A DNA stretch of 64,000 nucleotides from Candidatus Latescibacterota bacterium (GCA_965206595.1 OZ242214.1:160001-224000), one strand, 5' to 3'; positions 36,716 through 47,756 are shown, counted from the first letter of the stretch. Program-made: numbers and translations. The notes: generated by a model not told the origin, from the letters alone.

Positions 36716-39667
36716 ATGACAAATCGACGACAAGGTCTTCTCACGGCAATCCTCGCGACGGCGCTCGCGGCGCACCCGGCCCTGGGCGGGGACGCGACCC
36801 TTTCCGGCCGCGTAACGGATGCGACCGGGACGCCCTTGCCGGGTGCGAATATGATCCTGACGGGACCCTCTCTGGAAGATCCGGTGGGAACTGCCGCAGG
36901 GGCGGAGGGAGAGTACAGCTTTGCCGGCCTGGAACCTGGGGGTTACCAGCTCGAGGTGAGTCACGTCGGCTTCCGAACCACCTCCATCGCAGAAATCGAG
37001 ATCGAACCGGGAGCCTCGAAGCGGCTCGACGTAGAGCTCAAAGAAGCGGTAATCTACCTCGAGCAGAGTGTCGTTTCTGCCTCGCGCAGGCAGGAAAAGG
37101 CCCTCGACGCCCCCGCTTCGGTCGCCGTAGTCGAGGGGGCCGAGATCCGGGATAAACCTGCCCTCAATGTTTCGGAGTACGTGCGTAACCTGCCCGGCGT
37201 CGACTTCGCAAAGAGCGGGCTCGTCCAGAGCAACGCGGTGGTGCGCGGATTCAACAACGTCTTCTCCGGAGCCATGTTGACCCTCACCGACAACCGCATC
37301 GCCCGGGTTCCCTCTTTACGGGTGAACGCCTACAACTTCATCCCGGTGGTCAACGAGGACATCGAGCGCATCGAGGTGGTACTGGGCCCCGGATCCGCCC
37401 TTTACGGCCCCAACAGCGCCAGGGGCGTCATGCACATCATAACGCGGTCGCCCTTCGCGTCGGCGGGCACAAACGTGCGTCTGGGGATGGGGGAGCGATC
37501 CCTGCGCAAGGGGGCGGTCCGCCACGCCGGCATTATCAGCCCCAACCTGGCTTACAAGATTTCGGCGCAGTATTACACCGGTACCGACTGGAAATACGAG
37601 GATCCGGTCGAGTTGGCAGAAAGGGATAAGGCCAGGAAGGAGGGTCGGGATCTCCCCGCCCGGGATTTCGGCATCGAGCGACAGAGTGCGGAATTGCGCA
37701 TCGACTATCGTGCCGACCAAGATCTGTCAGGTGTGGTTTCGGCGGGGTATAACCGCGGCGACCAGATCGAACTCACTGGATTAGGCGCCGGCCAGGCCGA
37801 GAACTGGGCTTACGCATACGCCCAAGCCCGGTTCATCTATCGCAACCTGTTTGCCCAGTGGTATCGCAACTGGAGCGACGCCGGCGACACCTTTCTGCTT
37901 CGGAACGGGGACGCGATCGTCGACAAGTCCAGCCTCAATGTCTTCCAGATTCAGCATGCGTATGCCCTCGGGGGCAATCAGCGTTTCACCTACGGATTGG
38001 ATGCGCTGCTGACGCGACCGGACACGGAAGGCACGATCACGGGGCAGAACGAAGACGAGGACAGCATCGACGAGTACGGGGCATATCTCCAGAGCGAGAC
38101 CGACCTTGGAGAGCAACTCGATCTGGTGCTGGCCCTGCGCTACGACCAGCACAACCGCCTCGACGACGGCGTGCTGTCTCCCCGGGCCGGGCTGGTCTTC
38201 AAGCCGCGCCAGACCCAGACGCTGAGACTGACGTACAACCGCGCCTTCGACACTCCCTCTACGAACAACCTCTTTCTCGAACGCCTGGGGCGGTCCGACC
38301 CGTACGGCCTCGGCAGCAATTTCGAACCGGTTCTCGGGTTTTCTCCGGCCATCGATACCCGGGCGCAGGGGACGTATCGCCAGGGGTTCGACGGGGGGTT
38401 CACGTTCCGCCACAGCAACGGACGGCCGATGTACCGCACTCCGTTCCAGCCTCTGATCGCCGGCCAGCTCGGGGCTCTCGGATTGTCGCCAGGAGACCCC
38501 GGGTATTCGATCCAGGAGGACGGGTACATTGCCATGGACGATCCCGTCGCGACCGGGGTGATGTGGGGGGTAGCGCGGCAGGCGGTGCTCGCCAGCTTCA
38601 CCTCGCAGCTGCAGCTGCTCGCACCGGGATTGATCGCGCAACAGCTGCAGGCTTTGGGGATGGAGGCAGATGATGCGCGGGCAGCCGCGGAGGCCCAGAC
38701 GCAGGTCGTGTTGGAGGCGACTCCCACCCTGGTGCCCGAGCAGCTGCCGGGGCTTGCGAATGCGATGCTGACTCTCAATCCCGGGACGGGAAGCTTCGCC
38801 CCGGCGGCCGGCGTCTTCGACGTGCCGCGCACCGAGCCGACCATTACCCAGACAGTGGAGCTCGGATACAAGGGGATCGTCGGCCACAAGCTCGTCGTCG
38901 CCGCGGACGTCTATCGCAGCGATATCGAGAATTTCGTGGGACCTCTGAAAGTGGAGACCCCCAACGTATTCCTGGATCCAGGCAGCCTTGTTGCCGCTCT
39001 AGGTCCCGCCTTCGAAGCCTCTCTGGAAGATCCCGACAACGCAGAAGTCGCCCAGGTTCTGGGGGCTCTCGACCAGGTTTCCATACCCGGAGTACTCGAG
39101 GGCAACAACAACGATTCCGCGGTCGACGAGCTGACCACCCTGTTCGCGGCAGGGGCGGCGAGAATACCGTTTGGAACCGTGTCCCCCGAACAGGCGTACG
39201 ATCCCACCGCGGTGCTCTTGACCTACCGCAACTTCGGCTCTATCACGCTGTACGGAATGGACTTGAGTGCCGTCTACTACCCGAACGACCGGTGGTCGAT
39301 CTCCGGCAACTTCTCGTTCGTCAACGACGTTTTCTTCGAGGCTCTCGACGGTATTGCCGACATCTCGCTCAACGCTCCGAAACAGAAGTTCAAGCTGTCG
39401 AGCTCGTACAGTAAGCCGGATTGGAACCTGCGCGTGGGAGGCGGCGTTCGCTACAACGGCTCGTTCCGTCAGGACTCCGGGGTTTTCGTCGGCGACGTCG
39501 ACCCGTACACGGTGGTGGATCTGAACGCGGTCTACGACATGCCGTTCGCAGAGGACCTGTCGCTGATGCTCAACGTCGACAATGTCCTCGACAGCCGCTA
39601 CCGGTCCTGGGAAGGCGCACCGGAGATCGGGCGGCTCGCCTATCTGCAGCTCGGTCTGGATTTCTAA
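36716..39667 (+). CDS. TonB-dependent receptor with N-terminal carboxypeptidase-regulatory-like domain
   Basis: Signal peptide, G.VTD..G.PLPGA, plug motifs (VVSASR, IERIEVVLGPGSALYG), NVLD...GR...LGLDF terminus; RBS GGAGG. Confidence 0.93.
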   Translation: MTNRRQGLLTAILATALAAHPALGGDATLSGRVTDATGTPLPGANMILTGPSLEDPVGTAAGAEGEYSFAGLEPGGYQLEVSHVGFRTTSIAEIEIEPGASKRLDVELKEAVIYLEQSVVSASRRQEKALDAPASVAVVEGAEIRDKPALNVSEYVRNLPGVDFAKSGLVQSNAVVRGFNNVFSGAMLTLTDNRIARVPSLRVNAYNFIPVVNEDIERIEVVLGPGSALYGPNSARGVMHIITRSPFASAGTNVRLGMGERSLRKGAVRHAGIISPNLAYKISAQYYTGTDWKYEDPVELAERDKARKEGRDLPARDFGIERQSAELRIDYRADQDLSGVVSAGYNRGDQIELTGLGAGQAENWAYAYAQARFIYRNLFAQWYRNWSDAGDTFLLRNGDAIVDKSSLNVFQIQHAYALGGNQRFTYGLDALLTRPDTEGTITGQNEDEDSIDEYGAYLQSETDLGEQLDLVLALRYDQHNRLDDGVLSPRAGLVFKPRQTQTLRLTYNRAFDTPSTNNLFLERLGRSDPYGLGSNFEPVLGFSPAIDTRAQGTYRQGFDGGFTFRHSNGRPMYRTPFQPLIAGQLGALGLSPGDPGYSIQEDGYIAMDDPVATGVMWGVARQAVLASFTSQLQLLAPGLIAQQLQALGMEADDARAAAEAQTQVVLEATPTLVPEQLPGLANAMLTLNPGTGSFAPAAGVFDVPRTEPTITQTVELGYKGIVGHKLVVAADVYRSDIENFVGPLKVETPNVFLDPGSLVAALGPAFEASLEDPDNAEVAQVLGALDQVSIPGVLEGNNNDSAVDELTTLFAAGAARIPFGTVSPEQAYDPTAVLLTYRNFGSITLYGMDLSAVYYPNDRWSISGNFSFVNDVFFEALDGIADISLNAPKQKFKLSSSYSKPDWNLRVGGGVRYNGSFRQDSGVFVGDVDPYTVVDLNAVYDMPFAEDLSLMLNVDNVLDSRYRSWEGAPEIGRLAYLQLGLDF

Positions 39668-39814
39668 ATCACTGCACGAAATTCCTGGTGAATTCGGCCG
39701 GCGCTGCATCTTGAGGGAAAGCCGGGGTTCAGTGCAACCGGGTTTTCCGATCGGTTTCTCCTCATTACCGGCTCGCGGGGTTGTCTTCGCTCACCGTACA
39801 GTCGCGCTGCGGTT

Positions 39815-39848
39815 CGCTCAGGCGCCAGGTTCAACTGGCGCCTGAGCG
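39815..39848. terminator. Perfect 14-bp stem-loop between convergent genes (terminator or REP-like); second hairpin at 39884-39903
   Basis: CGCTCAGGCGCCAG-gttcaa-CTGGCGCCTGAGCG; no U-tract. Confidence 0.55.
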
Positions 39849-39930
39849 GCCGGATTTCTGTCAAGCAGTTTCCGAGAGGAGAACAGGTGCCGGGCGGCAC
39901 CTGAGGGGAATCAGGGGGTATCGAGGAGAG

Positions 39931-40482
39931 TCAGGTGATCTCGTTACCCCTGGCCATCACGACCTTTCCCGTTCGCACCATTTCGCGAAGTTCGAACTTG
40001 CTCAGCAGGCGGCCCAGGGCGTCCATCTTTTCGCTTGTACCGGTAGCCTCGATGGTCAGGGTCTCATCCGAGATGTCGACGGTCTTGCCGCGGAACACCT
40101 CGGTTATCTGCAGGACTTCGGTGCGCTCTTCCACCGAACAGGAGACCTTGAATAGCGCCAGCTCCCGCGTCACCGCATCGTCGTCGGTGTGATCCCGGGC
40201 GTGGATCACGTCGACGAGCTTGTCGAGCTGCAGGATGATCTGATTGAGCACGTCCCCGGGCCCGCTGCAGGTGATCGTCATGCGGGAGCAGCTGGGGATG
40301 TGAGCCGGCGATACGACCAGCGATTCGATATTGAAACCGCGCCTGCTGAACACCTGGCTGATGCGCATCAGGACGCCGGGCCGGTCGTTGACCAGCAGGC
40401 CGATGGTCGTCCTGCTGATCGCCGAGGGAGTGGCTTCGCGGCTGGCGGCCGCCCCGGTCCTTCCGTTGCCGGCAGCCATCAC
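39931..40482 (-). CDS. ilvN: Acetolactate synthase small subunit
   Basis: ACT domain [47 protein letters not shown]. Confidence 0.95.
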   Translation of the reverse strand: MMAAGNGRTGAAASREATPSAISRTTIGLLVNDRPGVLMRISQVFSRRGFNIESLVVSPAHIPSCSRMTITCSGPGDVLNQIILQLDKLVDVIHARDHTDDDAVTRELALFKVSCSVEERTEVLQITEVFRGKTVDISDETLTIEATGTSEKMDALGRLLSKFELREMVRTGKVVMARGNEIT

Positions 40483-42182
40483 GTGCTCCCTTTCGGCGGC
40501 GCGAGCTTGTGCTTCGGGGGCTCGATCATCATATCGCTGACCGCTGCTCCCGCCGGTATCATCGGCCAGACGTTGTCCTCTTTCTCGCAGTGTGCGTGCA
40601 CGACCACGGGGCCGTCGTGTTCGAGCATGCGAGTCAGGATCTTGTCGATGTCAGCGGTGCGCTTCAGCTGCAGCCCTTTGACGCCGTAGGACTCGGCGAG
40701 CTTGACGAAGTCGGGATTGCCCTCGAGATCGACACCGGACAGGCGGTTCTCGAAGAACAGGTTCTGCCACTGGCGCACCATCCCGAGGTAGGCGTTGTCC
40801 ATGACCAGCGTTTTCACCGGGATGTCGTTGACCGCGGCGGTCGCCAGTTCGCACAACGTCATCTGGAAGCCGCCGTCGCCGACAATGGCGATCACCGGCT
40901 CGCCCGGACGGCCCAGCTGGGCCCCGATGGCGGAGGGAAAGCCGTACCCCATGGTCCCCGACCCCCCCGAGGACAGCCACTGGCGGTGATACGAGGTTTT
41001 GTAGAATTGCGCCGCCCACATCTGGTGCTGGCCGACGTCGGTGGTGACGACCGCCCTGCCTTCGGTCAAGTGGTAGAGCCGGTCGAAAACGGCCTGCATC
41101 TTGAGACCCCCCTTACGACCGTACTTGAGGGGGTACTTCTGTTTCCACTCGTCGATCTGGGCGAGCCAGTCCGCGGTGTCGAGAGGCTCCACGTGATTGA
41201 TCAGCTCTTCGAGCACCTGGAGGGCGTCTCCTTCGATGAAGACGTCCGGCATTACGACCTTGCCATGCTCGGCGGGGTCGATGTCGACGTGGATCTTTTT
41301 CGCTTCGGGACAGAATTCGGACAGCTTGCCGGTGATGCGATCGTCCCAGCGCCCGCCCACCGACATGATGAGATCGCAGCCGACCACCGCCTTGTTGGCG
41401 TAGGCGGTGCCGTGCATTCCGAGCATGCCGACCGAAAGCGGGTGCGTCTCGGGAAAGCTCCCTTTTCCGAGCAGGGTGTTGGTTACCGGCATGCGCGTCT
41501 TTTCGGCGAAGGCTCGGGCGGCGTGGTGGGCGCCGGCGCTGATACACCCTCCGCCCAGATACAACAGCGGACGTTTGCTGCGGCGAAGCAGGCTGGCTGC
41601 CTCCATCAACAGCTCTGCAGCCGGTTTCGGGTCGTTGTGATATCCGGGCAGGTGGACCTTTTCGGGCCACGGGGCGGTACAGCCTTCTGATTGCGTAACA
41701 TCTTTCGGCAGGTCGACGAGGACAGGGCCGCGGCGACCGGTGGTGGCGATGTGGAACGCCTCCATCATCACCCTCGGTATGTCGTTGGGGTCCTTGACGA
41801 GATAGGAGTGTTTGACCACCGGCATCGAGATGCCAAACACGTCGGCTTCCTGGAAGGCGTCCTTTCCGAGCATCTCGGTCGGAGTTTGCCCGGTCAGGAC
41901 CACCATCGGCACCGAATCCATGTGGGCGGTCAGGAGCCCGGTAATAGTATTGGTGGCGCCGGGACCCGAGGTTACGAGGACGACCCCCGGCTTGCCGGTT
42001 GCCCGGGCGTACCCGTCGGCCATGTGGGTCGCCCCCTGTTCGTGGCGCGTGAGGATGAACTTCGTCTCCGTCGAATGCCACAGGGCGTCGAAAATCGGCA
42101 TGGCCGCACCCCCGGGGTGGCCGAATATGTACTCGACACCCGCCCTTTCGACTGCCTCCATGACAACATCCGCACCTCTCAT
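40479..42182 (-). CDS. ilvB: Acetolactate synthase large subunit
   Basis: [48 protein letters not shown]; ATG at 42182. Confidence 0.97.
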   Translation of the reverse strand: MRGADVVMEAVERAGVEYIFGHPGGAAMPIFDALWHSTETKFILTRHEQGATHMADGYARATGKPGVVLVTSGPGATNTITGLLTAHMDSVPMVVLTGQTPTEMLGKDAFQEADVFGISMPVVKHSYLVKDPNDIPRVMMEAFHIATTGRRGPVLVDLPKDVTQSEGCTAPWPEKVHLPGYHNDPKPAAELLMEAASLLRRSKRPLLYLGGGCISAGAHHAARAFAEKTRMPVTNTLLGKGSFPETHPLSVGMLGMHGTAYANKAVVGCDLIMSVGGRWDDRITGKLSEFCPEAKKIHVDIDPAEHGKVVMPDVFIEGDALQVLEELINHVEPLDTADWLAQIDEWKQKYPLKYGRKGGLKMQAVFDRLYHLTEGRAVVTTDVGQHQMWAAQFYKTSYHRQWLSSGGSGTMGYGFPSAIGAQLGRPGEPVIAIVGDGGFQMTLCELATAAVNDIPVKTLVMDNAYLGMVRQWQNLFFENRLSGVDLEGNPDFVKLAESYGVKGLQLKRTADIDKILTRMLEHDGPVVVHAHCEKEDNVWPMIPAGAAVSDMMIEPPKHKLAPPKGST

Positions 42183-42399
42183 CTCAATTCTCCGTGGTTC
42201 TACAATTTTTTCTGCCTGAACGGTCAAGTATATGAGAAATATCGCATGATCGCAAGTCGACACTGAATCCATAAGCTGATTTATACAGAAAACAGGACTG
42301 ATCGACGAAGAAGAAAAATAAAGAATGCGGGTTTATGCAGAAAAACGGCTTGAAATTTCCTAAATAGAAAGTGGGCGGGACTACCGGAAAACCTGCTTC

Positions 42400-43512
42400 T
42401 CAGGGGACCAGGTAGGTCTCGATCACCTGTTCGTCGACAGTTACCCCGAGCCCGGGGCCTTCCGGCAGCGATACGAAGCCGTCTTCGACCGGGAAGGTCT
42501 CTTTCGTGAGCTCATGCCGCAGAGGGGACTCGGCCATGCAGTACTCGAATACCTCGCCGCCCGGGACGGCGGCCAGGCCATGGAGGGAGGCGGCGATGGT
42601 GATCCCGCTCTTGAAGCTGTGGTTGACGAAGCGGCGGTGGTGGCGTGCCGCCAGGCGGCCGACTTCGACCATGGTCGAGATGCCGCATCGACCTGGGTCC
42701 GGCTGGATCCAGTCGACCCCGCCGTCGACCAGCAGGCGCTCGAAGCTGTCGAGACGGGATTCGGCTTCGCCAGCGGCGATCGCGATCGGGCTGGCCTCGC
42801 TGAGCAGCCGGTAGCCCTCGACGTCGTCCGGGTTCAACGGCTCTTCAATCCAGAATGGCCGGAACTCCTCGAACTGCTCTGCCCGTTTAAGCGCCGTTTT
42901 CCAGTCCCAGACCTGGCCGGCGTCGATCAGAACGTCGACTTCGTCGCCGGCGCCGCGGCGTGCCTGCCGGACAAGCTCGATGTCGTTGGCCTCGCTCTGT
43001 CCCATCGGGCCCCACCCGAACTTGATCGCGGTGAATCCCTGGCCGGCGAACTTGCGGGCGAGGTCGTACGTCTGCGCCGGGGTGTCGCCGAACAGGATCG
43101 AGCAGTAGGCGCGGAATTTCGTTTCGTGCGGTCCGCCGAGCAGGCGGCAGACCGGCTGATCGAGCGCTTTTCCGGTGATGTCCCAGAGTGCCTGATTGAC
43201 GCCGGCCATGGCGTGGGAGCCGGCACCGGTGCGGCCGTAGTAGTTGGCCCCTTCCCACATGCGGGCCATGCACACATCGATCGCGAGGGGATCTTCCCCT
43301 GCCAGGATATTTGCGAGGCCGTTGGCGATCTGGTGCGACAGCGGCGCCTGGACGACGGCCTTGACCACTGTCGGGGCCGAGTCGACCTCCCCCCAGCCGG
43401 TAATGCCGGCGTCGGTGTCGATACGGATCAGGCAGGTGTCCTGGGTCCCTTCGCACTTGTCGGTTACTTCGGGCAGGCGCAGAACGAGAGCCGATACGGC
43501 GGTGATTTTCAT
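42400..43512 (-). CDS. Mandelate racemase/muconate lactonizing family enzyme (probable acid-sugar dehydratase)
   Basis: TDAGITGWGE, ALWDI.GK, K.GWG, D, EEP, GE, QPD, H, GPGLGV. Confidence 0.9.
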   Translation of the reverse strand: MKITAVSALVLRLPEVTDKCEGTQDTCLIRIDTDAGITGWGEVDSAPTVVKAVVQAPLSHQIANGLANILAGEDPLAIDVCMARMWEGANYYGRTGAGSHAMAGVNQALWDITGKALDQPVCRLLGGPHETKFRAYCSILFGDTPAQTYDLARKFAGQGFTAIKFGWGPMGQSEANDIELVRQARRGAGDEVDVLIDAGQVWDWKTALKRAEQFEEFRPFWIEEPLNPDDVEGYRLLSEASPIAIAAGEAESRLDSFERLLVDGGVDWIQPDPGRCGISTMVEVGRLAARHHRRFVNHSFKSGITIAASLHGLAAVPGGEVFEYCMAESPLRHELTKETFPVEDGFVSLPEGPGLGVTVDEQVIETYLVP

Positions 43513-43533
43513 TGGGGTCCGGGGGTTCGGGGT

Positions 43534-45267
43534 TCAGAATTTGAAGACAGTCTCTATGGTCATCACCTTGCGGCGCTCGAGTGTGCCGTCGGCGGAGCGC
43601 TCGAACAGGAATCGCGTCTCCATAACGGCAGAAACGCCGCCCGACATCTGAGCTCCCAGCTGGTAGCCGTAGAAGGTGTCCTCCGTCGGTTCGAAGAAAC
43701 CATCCCTGGAGCCGGGAGTGCCCTCCTGATCCAGGCGGGTGCCGATGTTGTTCTTTTGGAAGTACAACTCGGCGCGGGAAATCCTGGGGATTCTTCTCAG
43801 CAGTTCGGGTGAAATCCTTGCGGAGAAGTGAAGCTGCTGCTTGGGATGCCCCGAGCCGATCAGGTGCTGGTAGTCGGCAAACGCGTCGAGGACACCGTAG
43901 ATGTCGGTTTGCAACCTGCCGAACCCTCCCGAGACCGATTCGCCGCGGCGCAACTGGGAGTCCTTCGGGGTCGCTTTTCCGGTGGCGAGGTCGATGCGCG
44001 CCCGGTCGAGTTCGTACAGGTTGTCGAAATAGCCTGAATCGAAGTCGTCCCGGAAATAGCGGAACTCGAGCCGGCCGTCGATGGGGCCGGCTCGCAACCA
44101 CAGCCCTGGCGCCATCAGGCCGAACCCCTCGGCTTTGCGATTTCCGGCAACGACACCCTGCTCCTCGGCCTCGGCGTCGCTGAGCTCGTCGTCGTCATCC
44201 AGAATGGCGGCGATCTGACCATAAAGCAGCATGTCGAAACGGCCGTGCTCGACAATCGGATAGCCGGCGTCGAAACCGACGATGGCGAAGCGGTCACGTC
44301 CGACCTTGTCCTTGTTGAACGGCCTCTTGCGACTGACATCCCGGTCGACCATGAAGCTGTCGGGATAGGTCTGTTCCAGGCCTTCCAGCACCGGGATGGC
44401 GCCGCCGGGAAGGTCGCTGTCATCGTCGATGTCGAGGAGGCCGTCGTTGTCGTCATCAATGTCGAGCTGGTCCGGGGCCCCGTCGCCGTCGTTGTCGAGG
44501 GCGGCGGTAGCATCCCCTGGAAAGGCGTCGACGGCATCCGGGTAGCCGTCGTCGTCGCGGTCGAGGAGGCCGCTGTACTGGTCGAGGTCGACTACAAAGG
44601 TGAGACCGACCTCGAGTTTATCCACTACATCGCGCGCGACGCGAGCGCCGATCAGGGCGCCTCCCTGCTGGAAATCCTGCAGGTTGTTGATTATCCCTTC
44701 GACCGACACGCCCCCCGGCCAGGTCCGGGTCTGGAACAGAACCCCCGTTTTCTTTATACCCGGATAATGCAGGGTGTTTCGGTACCGGTCCATAATCAAC
44801 CCGTACCCAAGGGTAACGCGATCGAGGGCACCCACCTTGAAGAACAGCGGATCCCTCGGCTTCCCGAAGCGCACGTAGTAGATCTTGCGGAGAATGGTGT
44901 CCAGGGTTTCGCTGCTGTTGCCGAACGCCCAGCCTTTGTCGCTGAAATTTCCCTTCTCGTCTATGAAAAGCTCGATATCGAAAGCCAGTCCCCAGTTTCC
45001 CAGCGGAATATCAGGGCGCAGGCTGAGCCGGTAGAGCTGTTGGTCTCCCACTGTTACGCTGCCCATGCTGGCGCTGTACTGCGGACCAGAGCTGTAGCGG
45101 GATTCCGAGCCACCCGATGCGGAATCGGTCACCTGCGCGCCGTTTGCAGCCGGGATGAGTAGTGCAGGGCATAGAAAGAGGAAGGCCGACCGGAAAGGGC
45201 GGACCCATGCAGGCCGCGCGTCTGGTCGGGGGCACATCCCTGGCATCGCGGACAAAGTGCCTATCAT
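43534..45267 (-). CDS. Hypothetical outer-membrane protein with Asp-rich TSP3-like Ca-binding insert (start uncertain)
   Basis: Signal peptide, beta-strand pattern, C-terminal F.F; DRDDDGYPD..DAFP.D, DNDGDG.PD, DDDNDG..D. Confidence 0.7.
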   Translation of the reverse strand: MIGTLSAMPGMCPRPDARPAWVRPFRSAFLFLCPALLIPAANGAQVTDSASGGSESRYSSGPQYSASMGSVTVGDQQLYRLSLRPDIPLGNWGLAFDIELFIDEKGNFSDKGWAFGNSSETLDTILRKIYYVRFGKPRDPLFFKVGALDRVTLGYGLIMDRYRNTLHYPGIKKTGVLFQTRTWPGGVSVEGIINNLQDFQQGGALIGARVARDVVDKLEVGLTFVVDLDQYSGLLDRDDDGYPDAVDAFPGDATAALDNDGDGAPDQLDIDDDNDGLLDIDDDSDLPGGAIPVLEGLEQTYPDSFMVDRDVSRKRPFNKDKVGRDRFAIVGFDAGYPIVEHGRFDMLLYGQIAAILDDDDELSDAEAEEQGVVAGNRKAEGFGLMAPGLWLRAGPIDGRLEFRYFRDDFDSGYFDNLYELDRARIDLATGKATPKDSQLRRGESVSGGFGRLQTDIYGVLDAFADYQHLIGSGHPKQQLHFSARISPELLRRIPRISRAELYFQKNNIGTRLDQEGTPGSRDGFFEPTEDTFYGYQLGAQMSGGVSAVMETRFLFERSADGTLERRKVMTIETVFKF

Positions 45268-45690
45268 ACAGGCCTCTTCAAGGACAGCCCATCCGCCAGT
45301 AACAGCCGCAGCTGCCGGGGAAGAACGAGTGATCGGGAGAAACCGCGTTTTCCGACACGGGAGAGCCGGCAATCGCAATCCTGGCTTATTACAAGTACTT
45401 GAGATTATTTAATTGTATAAGGGACTGAGCACATACTGAGGGATCACCGAGGGAAAGTCAACCGCCGCCGGCAACCGGTATGGTAGCAGCGCGCCCGCTT
45501 GTGAACCCCGGAGTTGTACATGATTATTGCAGGGTTCAGCGGTACGGTGAAGGCGACCACGGCACTTGCGAGCAACGACCTGCTGCCGCAATGAGCCTGC
45601 CTAATACCTCTCCTGGACGCACCGTCTTAGCGTCGTTGCCATTGCGGCTTCGGGCGTATCGAGAACACTGTCGGAAAGTGGACGCCAGCC

Positions 45691-47538
45691 ATGGAAATGA
45701 CCGAAATGAACGCTGAAAATCTCAAGACCATGCTCGACCAGAGCATTGATCGCTACGGCGAGCGAACTGCGGTTCGAGTCCTCAGGCAGGCTTCCGGAGG
45801 CCAGGGACCAACTTACGAACCGATCACCTATACCGAACTCGGCCGCATGCGCAACGCCGCCGCCGCCGGGCTTGCCGACCTTGGTGTCGGCAAGGGGGAC
45901 CGCGTCGGTATTCTCACGGACGGCGGGTTCGAGCCGCTGCTGGTGTTTTTGGCCTGCGACCTGCTAGCGGTCTGCACCGTGCCGTTGTGCAACAAGCAGT
46001 CGGAGGAGATCCTGACTCACAACATCAACCACTCCGGTATCTCTTTTCTTGTCGTCGATGGGAAATCGCTGGGCCAGGTAACGGCGATTGCCGATGCTCT
46101 GGAACAGCCGCCGAAACTGATCCTGACCGACGGCAGCCGTGAAGATTCCATTCCGTGGGAGCAAATCGCCAGCTGCGAAGCAGCGACGCCGGAAGTTGCG
46201 GTATCGCCATCCGACGAGACGAAAATCCTCTATACGTCCGGTTCGTCAGGCCTGCCGAAGGGGGTGGTCCAGACGCACGCCAACATCGTTGCCAACATCC
46301 GCCAGGTGTGGGACGTCATCGCGGAGAGCGACACCTTCCGTTTCTTCAAGTCGGCGCCCGACTACCACTCGATGGGAATCCTCAACCTCTACTTTCCCCT
46401 GGCAAAGGGATGGACCCTCGACCTCGCCCGTTCCCCGGACCGGGTTCTCACGGACATTCGCCTGTCGCAGCCGGAGGGGTTTCTGACCGTTCCGCTGGTC
46501 CTCGACAAGGTCTACGGGAACGTGCGCAAGGAGATTGACGCGGGAGGAATCAAGGGCAGTCTCGTGGAGCGGGCGGTAAACGCCCGGCAGCGGCTTGCTC
46601 GAGGGGAGGGCAGCCTCGGCGACCGGCTGGTCAACGCCACCCTCGGCGGCAGCATCATCGCCAAGATCAAGGAGCAGTTGTCGAAGCGGGTTGGAGGCAA
46701 CCTCGAGCTGCTGGTTGTGGGTTCCGCCAAGGCCGACCCGGAAGCGCTCGATTTCTTTCAGGACGTTCTGGGCATCCGCACGTTGGAGGGATACGGAACC
46801 ACCGAATGCGCACCGTTGATAGCGACCAACCACCTCCGCGGCCGCAAGACGGGAACTGTCGGCCGGCCGCTGTTCGAGGTCAGGCTGGTAGGCGAACAGG
46901 GGGAGGTGCTCGCCTCCGGCGATCCGGTGTCCGGCACCTACCGGCCGGGCCCCGGAGCCGGTGAGCTGTGGGTGTCGGGTGCGAACGTCATGAAGGAGTA
47001 CCTCAAGGACCCTGAGCGCACCGCCGAGGTTCTGGTGGAAGAAGATGGCAAGAGATGGTACCGGACCGGGGACCTGTTCAGCATGGATGACGAGGGCTTC
47101 CTGACCTTTCAGGGCCGCGTCGGCCGCCAGTTCAAGCTCGCCAACGGGGAGTTCATCAATCCGGAGCTGCTGGAGCGGGTATTTTCCAGGGGCGCCCTGG
47201 TGGAGCACGTTCTGGTGTCGGGGGACCAGACCCGCAGCCAGCCGGTTGTCGTGGTGACCGTCGACCTGGAGGAAGCAGGCAAAATCGAGGAGGTTTCCGG
47301 GGACGAGGAGGCCATCCGCAGCCACCCCGTGGTCGCCGAGCGGATTCGGAGCCAGCTTCTCCACGAGTCGGACCTTGCAAGGCTGCCGGCACACGAGCGC
47401 CCGGTCAACGTAGTCGTCCTGCCCGCGGCTCTCAGCGAGGAGGACGGCACCTTGACTCGAGGGCTGAAGAAGGTCGTCCCCAAGGCCGTGGAGGAGCTTT
47501 ACGCCGGGACGATCACCGAGGCTCCGCCCTCGGCATAG
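45691..47538 (+). CDS. AMP-binding long-chain acyl-CoA synthetase (FadD/FAA1-like)
   Basis: YTSGSSGLPKGV, EGYGTTE, GELWV.G.NVMKEY, WYRTGDL, FKLANGEFINPE. Confidence 0.88.
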   Translation: MEMTEMNAENLKTMLDQSIDRYGERTAVRVLRQASGGQGPTYEPITYTELGRMRNAAAAGLADLGVGKGDRVGILTDGGFEPLLVFLACDLLAVCTVPLCNKQSEEILTHNINHSGISFLVVDGKSLGQVTAIADALEQPPKLILTDGSREDSIPWEQIASCEAATPEVAVSPSDETKILYTSGSSGLPKGVVQTHANIVANIRQVWDVIAESDTFRFFKSAPDYHSMGILNLYFPLAKGWTLDLARSPDRVLTDIRLSQPEGFLTVPLVLDKVYGNVRKEIDAGGIKGSLVERAVNARQRLARGEGSLGDRLVNATLGGSIIAKIKEQLSKRVGGNLELLVVGSAKADPEALDFFQDVLGIRTLEGYGTTECAPLIATNHLRGRKTGTVGRPLFEVRLVGEQGEVLASGDPVSGTYRPGPGAGELWVSGANVMKEYLKDPERTAEVLVEEDGKRWYRTGDLFSMDDEGFLTFQGRVGRQFKLANGEFINPELLERVFSRGALVEHVLVSGDQTRSQPVVVVTVDLEEAGKIEEVSGDEEAIRSHPVVAERIRSQLLHESDLARLPAHERPVNVVVLPAALSEEDGTLTRGLKKVVPKAVEELYAGTITEAPPSA

Positions 47539-47756
47539 ACCTTGTCCACGAAATCAGGGGTGAATTCGGGCCACCCCCGCAGTTGAAGAAATCCCTGCTC
47601 AATCCGTACCGCCTCACCTGATTTCCCCCTCAATCCCACCTTTGCACTCTACAACCACAACAAGGCTTAATTCCGGCGGTGATTTGCCACGGCCTGCCAC
47701 TTAACCGCGAACTGCAGGCGCCAGGGGGGGAAGGAGCGGCATTCCAACCCGGCGGT

